In this document: positions 22,932 to 34,024 of the stretch, piece after piece
Layout: every line of letters starts with the position of its first letter
Numbering within the stretch: position 1 is the first letter of the stretch
Source: Minutocellus sp. GHC0000111
Lineage: Eukaryota
DNA length: 64,000 nucleotides
NCBI GenBank assembly: GCA_977018835.1
Contig: OZ361256.1
Span: 2,356,001 to 2,420,000 of the forward strand
Direction of reading: 5' to 3'
Notes under the pieces: model-generated
Told to the model about the DNA's origin: nothing
Database searches by the model: none
Seen by the model: the letters and a program-made list of their open reading frames with translations, nothing else
Position numbers and translations under genes: made by a program

Positions 22932-25900
22932 CTAATTGGAATCTACATGTAAGTAGACTGGTCGCATGTCGACATGGTAGCGGGCGGGATGGTGCTTTGT
23001 AAAATAATCGGCCAAATTTTGCGGTCCTTTCCGCCAGCACACCTGGAATTGTCGTTGCTCTATGCGATCTTGGACCCAGCAGAGTCTCATGTCCATAGCC
23101 TTAGACCGTCTTTGCTTGACGCGATTCCAGATGCTGTAGAGTTGTCAACGACGATAGCAGTAGGGGGCTGCGGGTGACCCATTTCTTCTAGTGCTGCCCG
23201 GATTGGCACCACTGCTGCATCTTTCATGTTGAAAAATAGTCCTCCCAATTCGGCTTCAGCGGCTGAGGACATTGCATGCTTGATGACATCGGCATTGACG
23301 AGGATGGCTCCATTCATTGGTGGCATGGGATCACTTGAGTCAGGCTGGCGGTGCGGGTCCTTAGGTTGGGAGCTTAGGTAGAAGTGCCCACCGAGCTTGC
23401 TTCTTGATTTCGGGGCTGATGAGCAGGAGGCGTCGCCATGTGCATGTGGGATCATGTCTGACTTGACGTGTCGAATGACTGCATCGGGATGGGTTGCAAG
23501 GCAATCTAGAAGCTTCTTGGCATCTTGTCGAGTGCGCTCGGTAGCTTTGGATTGTTCCGCTGAGATGCCATTGAGCGCCGGTAAAATTGTTGAATCAATT
23601 GCTCGACCATAGTGCAAGGAGCTGCCCACCACCTGTTGAATTTCGTTGATGCCTTTGGCGTCGAGTGGTGGTGAGTCGTCTTCCGGTTCTGGCAGCTGGG
23701 GTCCCGGGCCATGCGTCGGACGATTCCATCGACATGGCGCATGCTCGGGCCGTGAGGGGCGGTCGTGTTGGAACTTGTGGCGCATCTCCTTGACGTAGTT
23801 AGGCATAGATAGATCCACCCATTTGGCCTCGTAGTTCCACTCGAGTTGAATGCCACAACAAAGTCGGCCTTCCCAATCGGTAGTGATCTTGTGCTTGGAG
23901 TTGAGGGCCTGAATGAGATGGTCTGCGTGCTCTTTCCCGACACACTTTACTCCAAAATCGTCAACGGTTAGGCAAAAGGTAATTGGGCGGGTTTTGTGCC
24001 TCCAAAGGCCGGCAGTGCGCTTGCAAGGGAAATAGCCATGGGGTTTGAGATGCTTGACAAGTTGATCGTAGGCTAGGCGCCCTGCCTGGGGTAATCCATG
24101 CATTCCGCCATCGATTCTGACCAATACTCGACCATTCTTTACTTTGTCGTGGAGGTCGTAGGCTTCCATGACTTCGTCGGGGATGAGAGCTACTGGCGCC
24201 CACATCCATTCTGGCTCTGGCATGGTGCTGTTGAGATAGAAGTCACTGATGTCAATTCCCATGAAACGAGCGTTGTCTGTAGAGATGACGCTGTTGAAAA
24301 GCAACTTTGCAGTCAACATTTCAGCGGTCGGGGTCGAGACTGTACCAGGGTAATGAATTTTGTCGCCTCCTGCAGTCCATCGAACTCGATTGGGATTTGG
24401 TTTATGGGAGCGATAGTCGGCGACAATGCGGAGGCATGTGGCTTTTTCCCCCGAGGCAGTTCGGACCAGTGGACGAAAGCCATTGTATTGGAGGGAATGC
24501 TAGCACTGTTTCCAACTCGGCCGTCCGTTAGCCGTCCAATTTCATCGATGTTTGCTTGAATGAATTGGTCCCTCATGTTCGTTTTGAGGAGGTCGCGGTA
24601 TTCAAGCATTGCACCAGTATCGGGATGGACGACGGCGTTAGCAAAGTGTTGGAGGTTTGGTAAAGGCGAGAAAGCTGCCATGTTGGCCACGTGGTGGGCA
24701 CTACGACGAGATGATGGCCGTGGGGGAGGGTTCCGATGTGGAATGTACCCTCGCTGACGGTGTGATCGTCGTCGAGGTGGTTTGGCGGTCGATGGTTTGG
24801 ACTTGCTTGTCGATTTTGCTGGAGCTGGTAATGTTGGAGTGGTATCGATCGTTGGAGACTTGCGTTTACGTTGCCGACGGGAGGTGGGGGCATTGGAACT
24901 TTGATTGGATGTTACGACGGTTGCATCGTCGTCATGATTGTCATCATCGTCGCCGTTGGGCTCGTCTACTGCAGCCAAAGGATTGTAGTAGTTGGAAGAA
25001 ACTGACGAGCGAGGTGGCGCGTTGGATCGACGTGATCGACGGCTTTCAGTGGTGGCTGCATCATGTGTGGAGGATTTTGCCACCCTCGGAGGTTGCTGGG
25101 GCTGAGGTAACGGAGCGTTGGGGTTGGAGACAAGGTGACGGCCTACTTCAGTCTCGTTCATCTCTTCTACGTCGTCGTCCTCGTATTTGATTTTGTAGTA
25201 CTTATACTTCTTGTCAAATGCAACGACTCTACCCTTGTAATTGCGATCTCCAAACACTTTGGCGACGATGGTACCGAGGAGGAATCGTTGGGAGTCGTCA
25301 TCGTTCTCCAGCACCCTCGGAGCTGCGGTTGTCTGCATCGTCTCATCAGAGGCGGAGGTGGCAGATTCTGCTGGGGTCACGCTGTTGAAAATCTCGGAGA
25401 GCTTTTCTAAAGCTTGACGATGCTCGTCTCGAAGGGGAGCAAGGGGTGCCGCTGGATGTGGATTCTGTAGAGCGTGCAGGAGTTCATGAGCTGCGACTAT
25501 TGCTGCATCGGCCGACGACGTTTTGGGTACCGGAATCATTTTGGGGAGCCAGACGAGTGTGTTACCAGTGCGTTCCGCCCGAGTTTCCTCAATCCAAACC
25601 TTGTAACACCGGGAGTGTTCCATGGCTGGACCGACATAGTACCCATCAACGCCATGCGGGGACCAAGAGCCGCGTGCCGAGGGCATCTCGTGAAAGATGA
25701 CCTTGCATCCGAGGGGGCCGAGAGGCGTGCGATTGAAATCAAAGCCGCCATTGAGTTGCTCGTACGCTGATAGTCGAGGGTTGACTCGGGATGCTCTCAG
25801 GAAATTGAGGGTCATTACCGCCTGCTCCAGCAATTTGTCCCACAAGATGAGGGGAAAGTCGGGATCGGTACCACAGAGAATCGCAATGAAATGATTCTTA

Positions 25901-27000
25901 AAGGTTCGAATGGCTCGTTCGGCCGCATTTCGGCGGTGGGAGTGCGTTGGGGTCAATTGAAAATCTACATCCTTTTCTTCCATGAACTCCTTCAGCTCTC
26001 GACTCACTTCATTGTCCAATCGTTGCAATTTTGGGCGAAATCCTCGCTTGGAGAGGTGTTCGAAAATAGTTTGGTGCGCTCGGCGCATTTCCGTTCCCGA
26101 TCGGCTTTTCATTGGTTCGGCCAAGATGCTGTTGGAGTCATAGTCATAGACGACCATTATGTGCTGGTGGCCAGAAATAGACGATGCCAAGAAACGGCCG
26201 GGCTGATCTGAGAAGATCTGGCCCGTTATGTCATGACAATCAGCAAAGACATAGTTGGTGCGCTGTTGGTGTTGTGCCGGGTGGAGATCCTGCTCGGTTT
26301 CGTCCACCCCAGGGAGAGATTTTGGCGTAGCCATCGACCGTTTGGGCTTGGTCGACCTGATGTTCTTGCGCTGCTGGTCTAAGTGACCTTTAATCATCGG
26401 TATCGACTGTGGCATGTGCTTACGTACAAGCTTTGATGTGAGGCCTGGCCAAGATCTATAAAATCCCGCATCGATTGCTTTGCACCAGGTGGATAGCTGA
26501 GGACTGCCAGCGCACCAATGTAAAAAGGCTACACGTTCTGGAACCGTCTCCTGGGCAATTGCGGCGTTGGCAGCATGTTGGATGACGTTGGGGCCGGGGA
26601 GCGGCGACATGGTGGGCGAGCAATTAAGATCTACCATCCACAATTTCGTTGAGGGGTCTCGTTTACCTTGCAAAATGACGGCATTGTCCTTGGCGATGAC
26701 TACCGAATCCTTATCGAAAGTGGCAACACATCCATCGTCACACAGCTGCCCAATCGATAGGAGCGATGATGCCATATTATTGAAAATATAGGCCTTGCTA
26801 GCCGATGGGAAACCCCAGGGAGGCGAAGCGTGGCCTCGTGGGTGTTCGTCATTGTGCTATTATCCGGAAGGGTGACGCTGATAGGAATTGCTGTCTGTTG
26901 GACGTTGAAAATAGGGCCATCGCACGATAGGCATTGGGGCTTCTGGACAAAATGTCCCGTCGTTCCAGTATCTGCTGCGAGGACGATTGGCTCTTGAGTT
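22932..27000 (-). pseudogene. pol: Copia pol: protease, integrase, Tudor-like domain, reverse transcriptase, RNase H
   Basis: PR: AADTGTTGHF (~26960). IN: IFSDQPGRF, LDNE, HRRNAAERAIRTFKNHF. RT: DISDFYL, GMHGLPQAG, LTVDDFGVK. RH: DAS, SSAAEAE, VDNSTA, NLADYFTKHH. Frameshifts near 26850, 24445 and 23120. Confidence 0.95.
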
Positions 27001-27099
27001 GGAGGTTTGCTTTAGAAAAGCTAACGAAGGCGGGGAGGAGGTGGATTCAGATATACTATCCTCTATTTTATACTGATTAATATCCACCGTCCCTCCCGC

Positions 27100-28386
27100 T
27101 CAGTTACGACGCGAGCTACCACCGCAAGGATTGTACTTGGTGGCGTTATCAACGTGGTTGGGCCCTTTGCAAGTGCATTCAAAGCTGGGGTGGTTGGACG
27201 AATAGCAGCACGTGTGGCAATAATGGCCTCTGGGGAGGATCGACTGCAGTTCCCGCTTCTCCTGGCGGTTGAGGTTAGGACCTTGGCCTGGGAAGTGGCC
27301 GGTGCCGTTCTGCTGGCCACCGCCGCGGTAGCCTCCACTGCCACCAGCATGGTTGCGTCCCTCACGCAGAGCGCGGTTCTCGGCCTTGAGTGAAGCTATT
27401 TCTTGGCGAAGTTTGGCAATGGTATCATCCTTCTCGTTGCTCTTTTTGGCGAGGTTCGCCATCATGGCTTGGTTGGTCTTGAGGGCTTCGGTGGTGTCAG
27501 CCAAAAGGAGATCGGCTCGAGAAAGAAATGGATCGTCCGAGGCCGATGAGGCCAAATTCGCGCCATGATATCCTGCCGCTTCGGTGGTGGTGTTGGCCAT
27601 CTTCTTGTCATGCCAATCGCGGAAGTCCGACTGCATGTTGGCCCACGTGCGTTCGGCCTCCGGTCTGTCGTCCCAGTCCTCGCATGCCTTCTTTGCCAAT
27701 GAGAACCTGCGCACGGAGCGGTAGAGCTTGGAGACCTTTTGCTTGTTGGTGAAGGGTTCGCCGGCCGTTTCAAACGCCTTGAAGACTTTGTTGAATGTGG
27801 CGATGTGGGTGTCGATGGGTCCCCCGTCGCACTGCTTCTCGAGCTGCCTGCTTCTCTAATTCCTCCTTCTGAGTCTCGTTGAATTTCAAGCAGCGATCGG
27901 CAATGCTGTCGATGATTTGGCGGATGGTGACTGGCTGGAAACCGAGCATGTCATCTTCGAGATGATTGATGTAGACAGCGTCGATCGAGTCGAGGAGGAG
28001 ATTCTTGAGCGCCGTGTTGACTTGCTCGTACAAGTTGCAGTGGCCCTTTTCGATGTGACATCCCCGGATTGCACGATCGCGTTGGTCTAGATTGGCCACG
28101 GCGGAAATGGTGGGGCTGGGACCAGGATTTGCCGGAGGCACATGTGGTCGGCCGTTACTTTTGGTGGTGTGTTCGGCATCGCTGACGACGAGGCCCAAAT
28201 GGCCGAGGTCATGTGGTCATTGTGCCCTGCTGGAATGCTGGCCGCCGCTTGTTGAAGTTCCTTGAGCGCTTTGGCAACACGCTCGCGTTGGGGAGGTTGT
28301 CCTGGGTCATTCATGCGTGTGATTAACTTGGTGGGGAGAATCGGCGCTGCGCCGAGAGGTTGGCCAAAAACTGCGTCGGGATTCAT
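27100..28386 (-). pseudogene. gag: Copia gag, fragmented
   Basis: Fragments ALKNLLLDSIDAVYINHLEDDMLGF, ACEDWDDRPEAERTWANMQSDF and Zn-knuckle-like HYCHTCCYSSNHPSFEC...H lie across three frames. Confidence 0.85.
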
Positions 28387-28678
28387 GCTGGTGTTTCAGT
28401 CAGCGAAGACAGGCAGCACGCGGCGGTGTTGCTGCGAGACGTGTGATCGACAGAAGGTTCGATCCAGAGAAGTGTGATCGATTGGATGGGTCGATCTGGT
28501 CAGGACTTTCGGGGAAGGGATTGGATCGTCGTTCCAATATTGTCGAAAGAAACGGTCGTTTTGGCCGATTGAAGATGTGTCGGTTTTTCTTGCGCGTGAC
28601 GACGAGTGAGAACCAACCCAAGACAAACCGGTGAGGTGCGAACCGAAATGGGGCGAGCACGGGTGGAAAAGATGTATC

Positions 28679-28687
28679 ACGTAGGTC
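28679..28687 (-). promoter_or_regulatory. Primer-binding-site position, complementary to the element's own LTR
   Basis: Sense-strand GACCTACGT directly after the 5' LTR, with no TGG tRNA-type start. Its exact complement lies inside the LTR at 28742-28750. Confidence 0.6.
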
Positions 28688-28885
28688 TGCTAAGAGGTCC
28701 TAAAGCTAAGCTAGATAGATATAGCTAGTAGAGGTTAACAGGACCTACGTAGATGAAAAATGGGCCATCGGAGATGTCGTTGGCCCATGGATCAAGGGTC
28801 AGGAGAGAGGGCACTGAGTCAGTGGTCTGATCACCGTACGTACCGTACATATGTATACGTACGTACGCATCCCACGGCATCAACA
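28688..28885 (-). repeat. 5' LTR (198 bp)
   Basis: TGCTAAGAGG...GCATCAACA; matches 22688-22883. Confidence 0.97.
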
Positions 28886-29323
28886 GAAGTGTTTGATGAA
28901 TTGAGTGAGCAGCACTTGATGCTCGACTCGAGCGTTGAATCCTCGAGAAGTAATGCCAGTCAGTCTTCGACGGCGTCGAGTTGGCAGAGTGAATCGGCTG
29001 AGGATTTTTCAGTCGGTATTATCGAGGTGTTAGAGGCAGTCGAAGCTGCTGAGATCATTGCCGATCTCTCAACGTCGAGGGAAGTGTTTTCCGCATTTGA
29101 CGATGGAACACGTTGTGCGGAATGCAATCGCGAATTCGATTCGGAGGGTTTAGTTTGGAAGATCCACTACAATAATTGCGCGTCGTGTTCGGTCTCCATT
29201 TGTCCCGCCTGTTATTTGGTGGTTCCTATGATGAACGGCAAGATGTGTGGTTGCTGCGGCGAGTGGCATTGCGACAACTGTTACAACGATCATGAGATTG
29301 AAAGTGGCTTCATTGACGAGTAA
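28886..29323 (+). pseudogene. Cys-rich zinc-finger ORF, 5' end cut by the LTR
   Basis: CAEC...H..NCASCSVSICPAC...CGCCGEWHCDNC. The upstream part of the listed ORF is LTR sequence. Confidence 0.55.
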
Positions 29324-30163
29324 AAGCGGAAGTGCTGAAGTCCTCTCTTTTCAGCGCATCAAAAAAGACCGGCTGTAGATGTAGAGTTGATGCACGGATG
29401 TCCACAATTTCTCGGTCATTGTTTGTTTTTTTGTACGTAAATTAGACATGAACATGTGTGCATGCGTTTTTGATTGCTGCTGCGGCTTGACATGCTGGTT
29501 GTTTTGACATGCTGCGGATTTGATGAGGCGCCGTCATTCACAAGCACATTTACTATTCCAACGGGGCTTCAACAGTAGATCTCGTGTGAAAGCTGAGGCC
29601 TAGGTGAATGGTTTTGTCTATGTGGGCATTGGCACCACCACCATTGTGGTCGTGTAGTTGAAATTTGAAGCGAGGACGCAAAGGCATTTTGTCATAGAAG
29701 CTTCTACCGAAGCAAGCTACTAGTACGGAGATACAGGTAGTTTGAAAGTGAAGTTAAGTCTATGCACATATATTTTTTCGTTCATTCATTGGTTTAGGGC
29801 AATCATGTAATATGCGGTAGGTAACGAAACACCCCTCGAGGTGTGTTGAGGCCAACGTAATGCACTTTCAAGAGACAATGGCGCGCCTGGAGCACGGAAA
29901 ATGAAGTTTCGGTGGGAGATGCGCGAGCGGGAGACATGCTAGATGCGCGAGCGTTAGATGCTCCGTAGCTACGTAGATCGCGCAGCGTTAGTGTTAGCGA
30001 GCTTTTTGCGCGAGATTGACGACGTGTCCACAATGTTTCTGATAAGCGGATGGTTGAAGTGAAATCTGTCTGACATGCTGGATGACACCCGGCGCATGTG
30101 TGGCACGCTGATAAATTCGCTTTTGTGTCCTGCCTGCCCTTGGGGCAAAAGAAGCTGCTATCG

Positions 30164-30459
30164 ATGACAGGAATTGGATCAATCCCAAGCCACGAAAGCA
30201 CCCTTGTCGTCCACATGTTGGAATCAGATGGCGAGATTACTAGCACATGTTCGAAGCATTCGGAACCGATGTCGGAGGTGCTTAGCAAGTGCCACGAGAA
30301 ACGAAAGAAAGCAGACTCAGGCACCTACAGGTGTCTAATGGACGGCGAGCGCGTGTCACCCAAAAGTGAGAACATGAAGACAGTCGGTGATTGTGCTTTA
30401 GAGTGCGAGTCAGACGGCGTGTGTTGCAGTTGACCTGTTTTGCCGAGCAGGTGGGTGGA
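30164..30459 (+). pseudogene. SUMO/Rad60-like ubiquitin-fold relic
   Basis: PMSEVLSKCHEK...YRCLMDGERVSP...KTVGDCALE, followed after frameshifts by VDLF/AEQVGG (SUMO-type Q-x-GG). Confidence 0.65.
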
Positions 30460-31316
30460 AGTTTTGTAGCCTTTGATCCTCCTGAGACGGTGACTCGACA
30501 CGTGTGCGCAAGCACATCAGCAAGCAGTGGTCCAGGGATGATGTTCTTAAATGGATTCCTGAGCCTGTTTCTTCTTCGGCGTGGACTTGGTTTTGCGCGC
30601 GCCGATCGATGCTGTGGGGTTTTTGCACTGACTGGCATTGGCCATGGTTGAGCGTGGGCAAAGGAACATGTGTTTGACTTTTCCGGTGCATCTGTTAATG
30701 AAAAATGAGCATTAAGGAAGTGCTACGGAATGTGGAAGGAGACGCAGATCCCGTGCCGATTCGATCAGCAGCATGTCATGTTTGCCATGCTGCGCCAGGA
30801 CATGTGCTGCTCCAGCATGTCTGATTTTTTTTAAACGTGAGTCGTATGAGTCGACTGTCTCGGCAAGACAGGCCTGTCTTGAAAGTAGCCGCCGCATGGG
30901 TTGGAGTGCTCGACTCTCACATTCCTCATCTGTAACATCAAGGACATAGCACTTTTTATTGGAGTATTACTACAGAGTTCGCCAAGAGGTATTGTTGCTC
31001 ATCCCCCCAGAATGGTCTGCGTTCGAAATCGTGTCGGCGGGACGAAGCGACCGGTTGTTGCTAGATGGGCCGCGCCCACCCTCCAAGCGGTGACGACTGT
31101 CTGTCTTAGAAGGCACCCGGGCCCACCTACGTAGGTACGAACATATGTACGTACGAACCAAAATTGGTACGTACGGCATGCCGCCGCCGAGCGTATCTTT
31201 TTCTCGAGTGTGTCACTGTGCGTAGTAGCGGACACCATGGCAACGAAGGGGGCACAACAATTGCGCAGTTGAGGACGCTACCTCCTACATCATAGAGACA
31301 CAAAAGAAACAAGAAA

Positions 31317-32222
31317 ATGAGCGGTGATCTTTCCTCGCCTGCGGCGGCTGCTGGCGATAACAGCAACAACAAATCCCAGAAAACCAAAGGAGAGATCGAG
31401 AACCCATATGAATCTTCCGAACAGCTCAACATGTACCTCTCTCTGCACTATCCTTCACCGGCATCATCCCAAACATCAGCTCTTGGTGTCGAGGCAATCA
31501 TGCCTCACGCAGGTGCTCCGACTCATGCACTGCACTTTGCCCAGCGAACTGCTCGCCTACTTTGCTCACTTTGCGATCCAAATCAAATGGGGAAAGCGCT
31601 TGACATCGGCTGTGCCGTCGGTGGCGCCGCCTTTGACCTTGCTACGAAATTCACTGAAGTGCAGGCCTTTGATTACAGTCAATCCTTTATTGAAGCAGCA
31701 AAAATCATGCAGAAGGATGGGAAAATGTCGTACTCGATAAGGATCGAAGGCGACATATCTGAAACAACGACCGCAATTCTGGATGACAACATCACATCAG
31801 AAGTTCGCAATCGATGCCACTTTTTCCAGGGAGATGCCTGCAAGCTTAAGGACTTGGTCCACACGAAAAATCTCCGGAAGTTCGATGCCATTCTCATGTC
31901 AAATCTACTTTGTCGCCTTCCAGATCCAATTGCTTGTATTGATGGCCTGCGGTACATTGTCAACAACGGTGGAGTCGTTCTTTTCTTGACGCCCTACACA
32001 TGGCTCGAAGAATACACACCCCGATGCAACTGGATAGGAGGTCATCGATGTCCAAACAGCGGCGATGTTATTCGATCGAGAGACGTTCTCAAGCAATTGA
32101 TGGAGGATTGCGGCTTTGAACGAATTCACGTCGAACAGGTTCCGCTTCTCATTCGCGAACACATGCGGAAATATCAATACATTATTAGCGAGGCTACTGG
32201 TTGGAGGAAGGTTAGAGATTAG
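31317..32222 (+). CDS. SAM-dependent methyltransferase, OvoA C-terminal (mercaptohistidine N-methyltransferase)-like, stand-alone
   Basis: NPYES...YLSLHY, ALDIGCAVGG, DYSQSFI, FQGDAC, NLLCRLPDP, PYTWLEEYTP..NWIGG, LIREHMRKYQ. Confidence 0.85.
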   Translation: MSGDLSSPAAAAGDNSNNKSQKTKGEIENPYESSEQLNMYLSLHYPSPASSQTSALGVEAIMPHAGAPTHALHFAQRTARLLCSLCDPNQMGKALDIGCAVGGAAFDLATKFTEVQAFDYSQSFIEAAKIMQKDGKMSYSIRIEGDISETTTAILDDNITSEVRNRCHFFQGDACKLKDLVHTKNLRKFDAILMSNLLCRLPDPIACIDGLRYIVNNGGVVLFLTPYTWLEEYTPRCNWIGGHRCPNSGDVIRSRDVLKQLMEDCGFERIHVEQVPLLIREHMRKYQYIISEATGWRKVRD

Positions 32223-32835
32223 CCACGTACATACTACGGTAGTATGGTCTATTTGTACGCATTTAGACTTTTGCATTTTTCTTTGGCATTCTAAATATAG
32301 AAATGCTAATGAAAAAGACTCTTCTCAAAGTACGGCTCTACATTACATAACTTTCACACCGCCCTCCATTCAACTACCAGCCTTTCACCGGAACTCACTC
32401 GTCAACGATATCTTGATCTTCCGCAAAAGCGCTATCTTTGCCATCAATGATATAATGTCGATCGAAACATGTCGCAGATAAGCAGCTATGGTTCGGAACA
32501 AGTGTGACGACACACCCGAGAGGGAAGTCCTCGAAGAATGTTTCAGTGGAAGCAGAAGGGTCTCGGTGTTGGCAGGTCCGAGATCCGCATCGTCTTGGCT
32601 TTACCCTTTATCGATTACAGGAGCACTTCAAACTTACTTTTGTGCCGAAGTAATACTTACTATCACCCAAGTTTGGTCGACAAGATACCGACACCATGCA
32701 AATCAATCATCAAAATAGCCAGCCAAAAGATCTTCCGCGTCACGAATTCGCAAATCGTATACGTACGTTTCGACTGTCCGTCAACCGGCCCTGTGACGCA
32801 CGAAATGCATCCACAATCACAATCGAAGCTCCAAG

Positions 32836-33728
32836 ATGACGTCCCTCCGCCGAGTAGCCGCTCCCCTCGTCCTCATCCTGTCGACGGCCACGGCTTTTGT
32901 GCCGTCGTTGCTGACCTCGCACACGACGAGCTCGCAGCTTGCGGCCGAGATCACTCTCGACGGCGAGACCATCCGAGGTCCCATCACCCCCCTGGGCAAC
33001 TTCGTCCTCGTTCAGACCAAGGATACACTCGCGGCAACGTCGGGCGGAATCCTTCTGCCAGATCAGGTGCGTTTGGATGTTTGGATTAGCATAGCTTGTT
33101 TGCGTTACTCTTACTATCGTGATTTTCCAATCATTCTGATCTAAACATCTGATGCGCCACATTTCGTCTCTCGCGCGCGAAACAATCGAAACTGGAACAA
33201 CTCAAACGATAACAGAGCAAGAAGAAGTCCAACGAGGGAGAGGTGATTGCCGCTGGTCCTGGAAAGCTCCACCCACACACTGGCGTGCGAATTCACAACC
33301 CAGTCAAGGAGGGAATGTCGGTCCTGTATGGTGAATTCTCCGGTGTTTCCATGGTATACAACGATGAGCAGGTGCAAATGATCCGCGACGATGATGTTAT
33401 GATGTACTACACTGGCGTGCAAATGACCAAGGAGAATGTAACACCCTGCCGAGATTATGTGCTGGTGAAGATCGAGGAAGAAAAGTTGGAGACTGCGTCG
33501 GGCATCGTCGTGGCACAATCGGTGACCAAGGATCAGGTTCCGTGCGAGGGAGTTGTGTTCAAAGTCGGTGAAGGTCGGATGGCAAGCAATGGAGAGTTCA
33601 CGCCCAGCCCCTGCAAGGTTGGGGACAGAGTCAAGTTCAAAGATTATGCGGGCAACGAGGTCAAAATCCAGGGAGAGCTTTACTCATTGACAAGGATGGT
33701 GGATGTTCTCTGCGTGATTGACGAGTAA
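32836..33728 (+). CDS. cpn20: Plastid co-chaperonin Cpn20 (tandem GroES domains)
   Basis: Signal peptide ending ATA-F. PLGNFVLV..TSGGILLP and PCRDYVLV..TASGIVV. Intron 33067-33215. Confidence 0.93.
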
Positions 33729-34024
33729 ATCTCTTTGGAGAGAGTTTTGGATGTGCGTGCTCGATTCGACTTTACCGGATATTTATTCGCTGCAAGAGAT
33801 AGATCTAGCTAGCTAGTGCATCGGATGTATAACGATAATTCTCAGCGAAAATCGACTGTGAACGAAAAGATATGGCGTAAGAGCACACACTTCATGGAGC
33901 GGATTAGATTACACTCAAGCATTGTGGAAATGGGCGCAAGCGTGGCAGCAAGATGAGAGCGACGGCCAGACGCACAAATCGCAATTTTGCAATTTGCAAT
34001 TTGCTCATTCTCATTTAGAGCAAG

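Larger units (their letters stand above)
22688..28885 (-). mobile_element. Ty1/Copia LTR retrotransposon (diatom CoDi-like), full length, inactivated
   Basis: Two TG...CA LTRs, domain order gag-PR-IN-RT-RH on the minus strand, PPT next to the 3' LTR, multiple frameshifts. Confidence 0.97.

Noticed and set aside
28760..28885. N-terminus of the 187-aa ORF as a real coding start
   Set aside because: It is LTR sequence fused by chance in frame to the truncated Zn-finger ORF.
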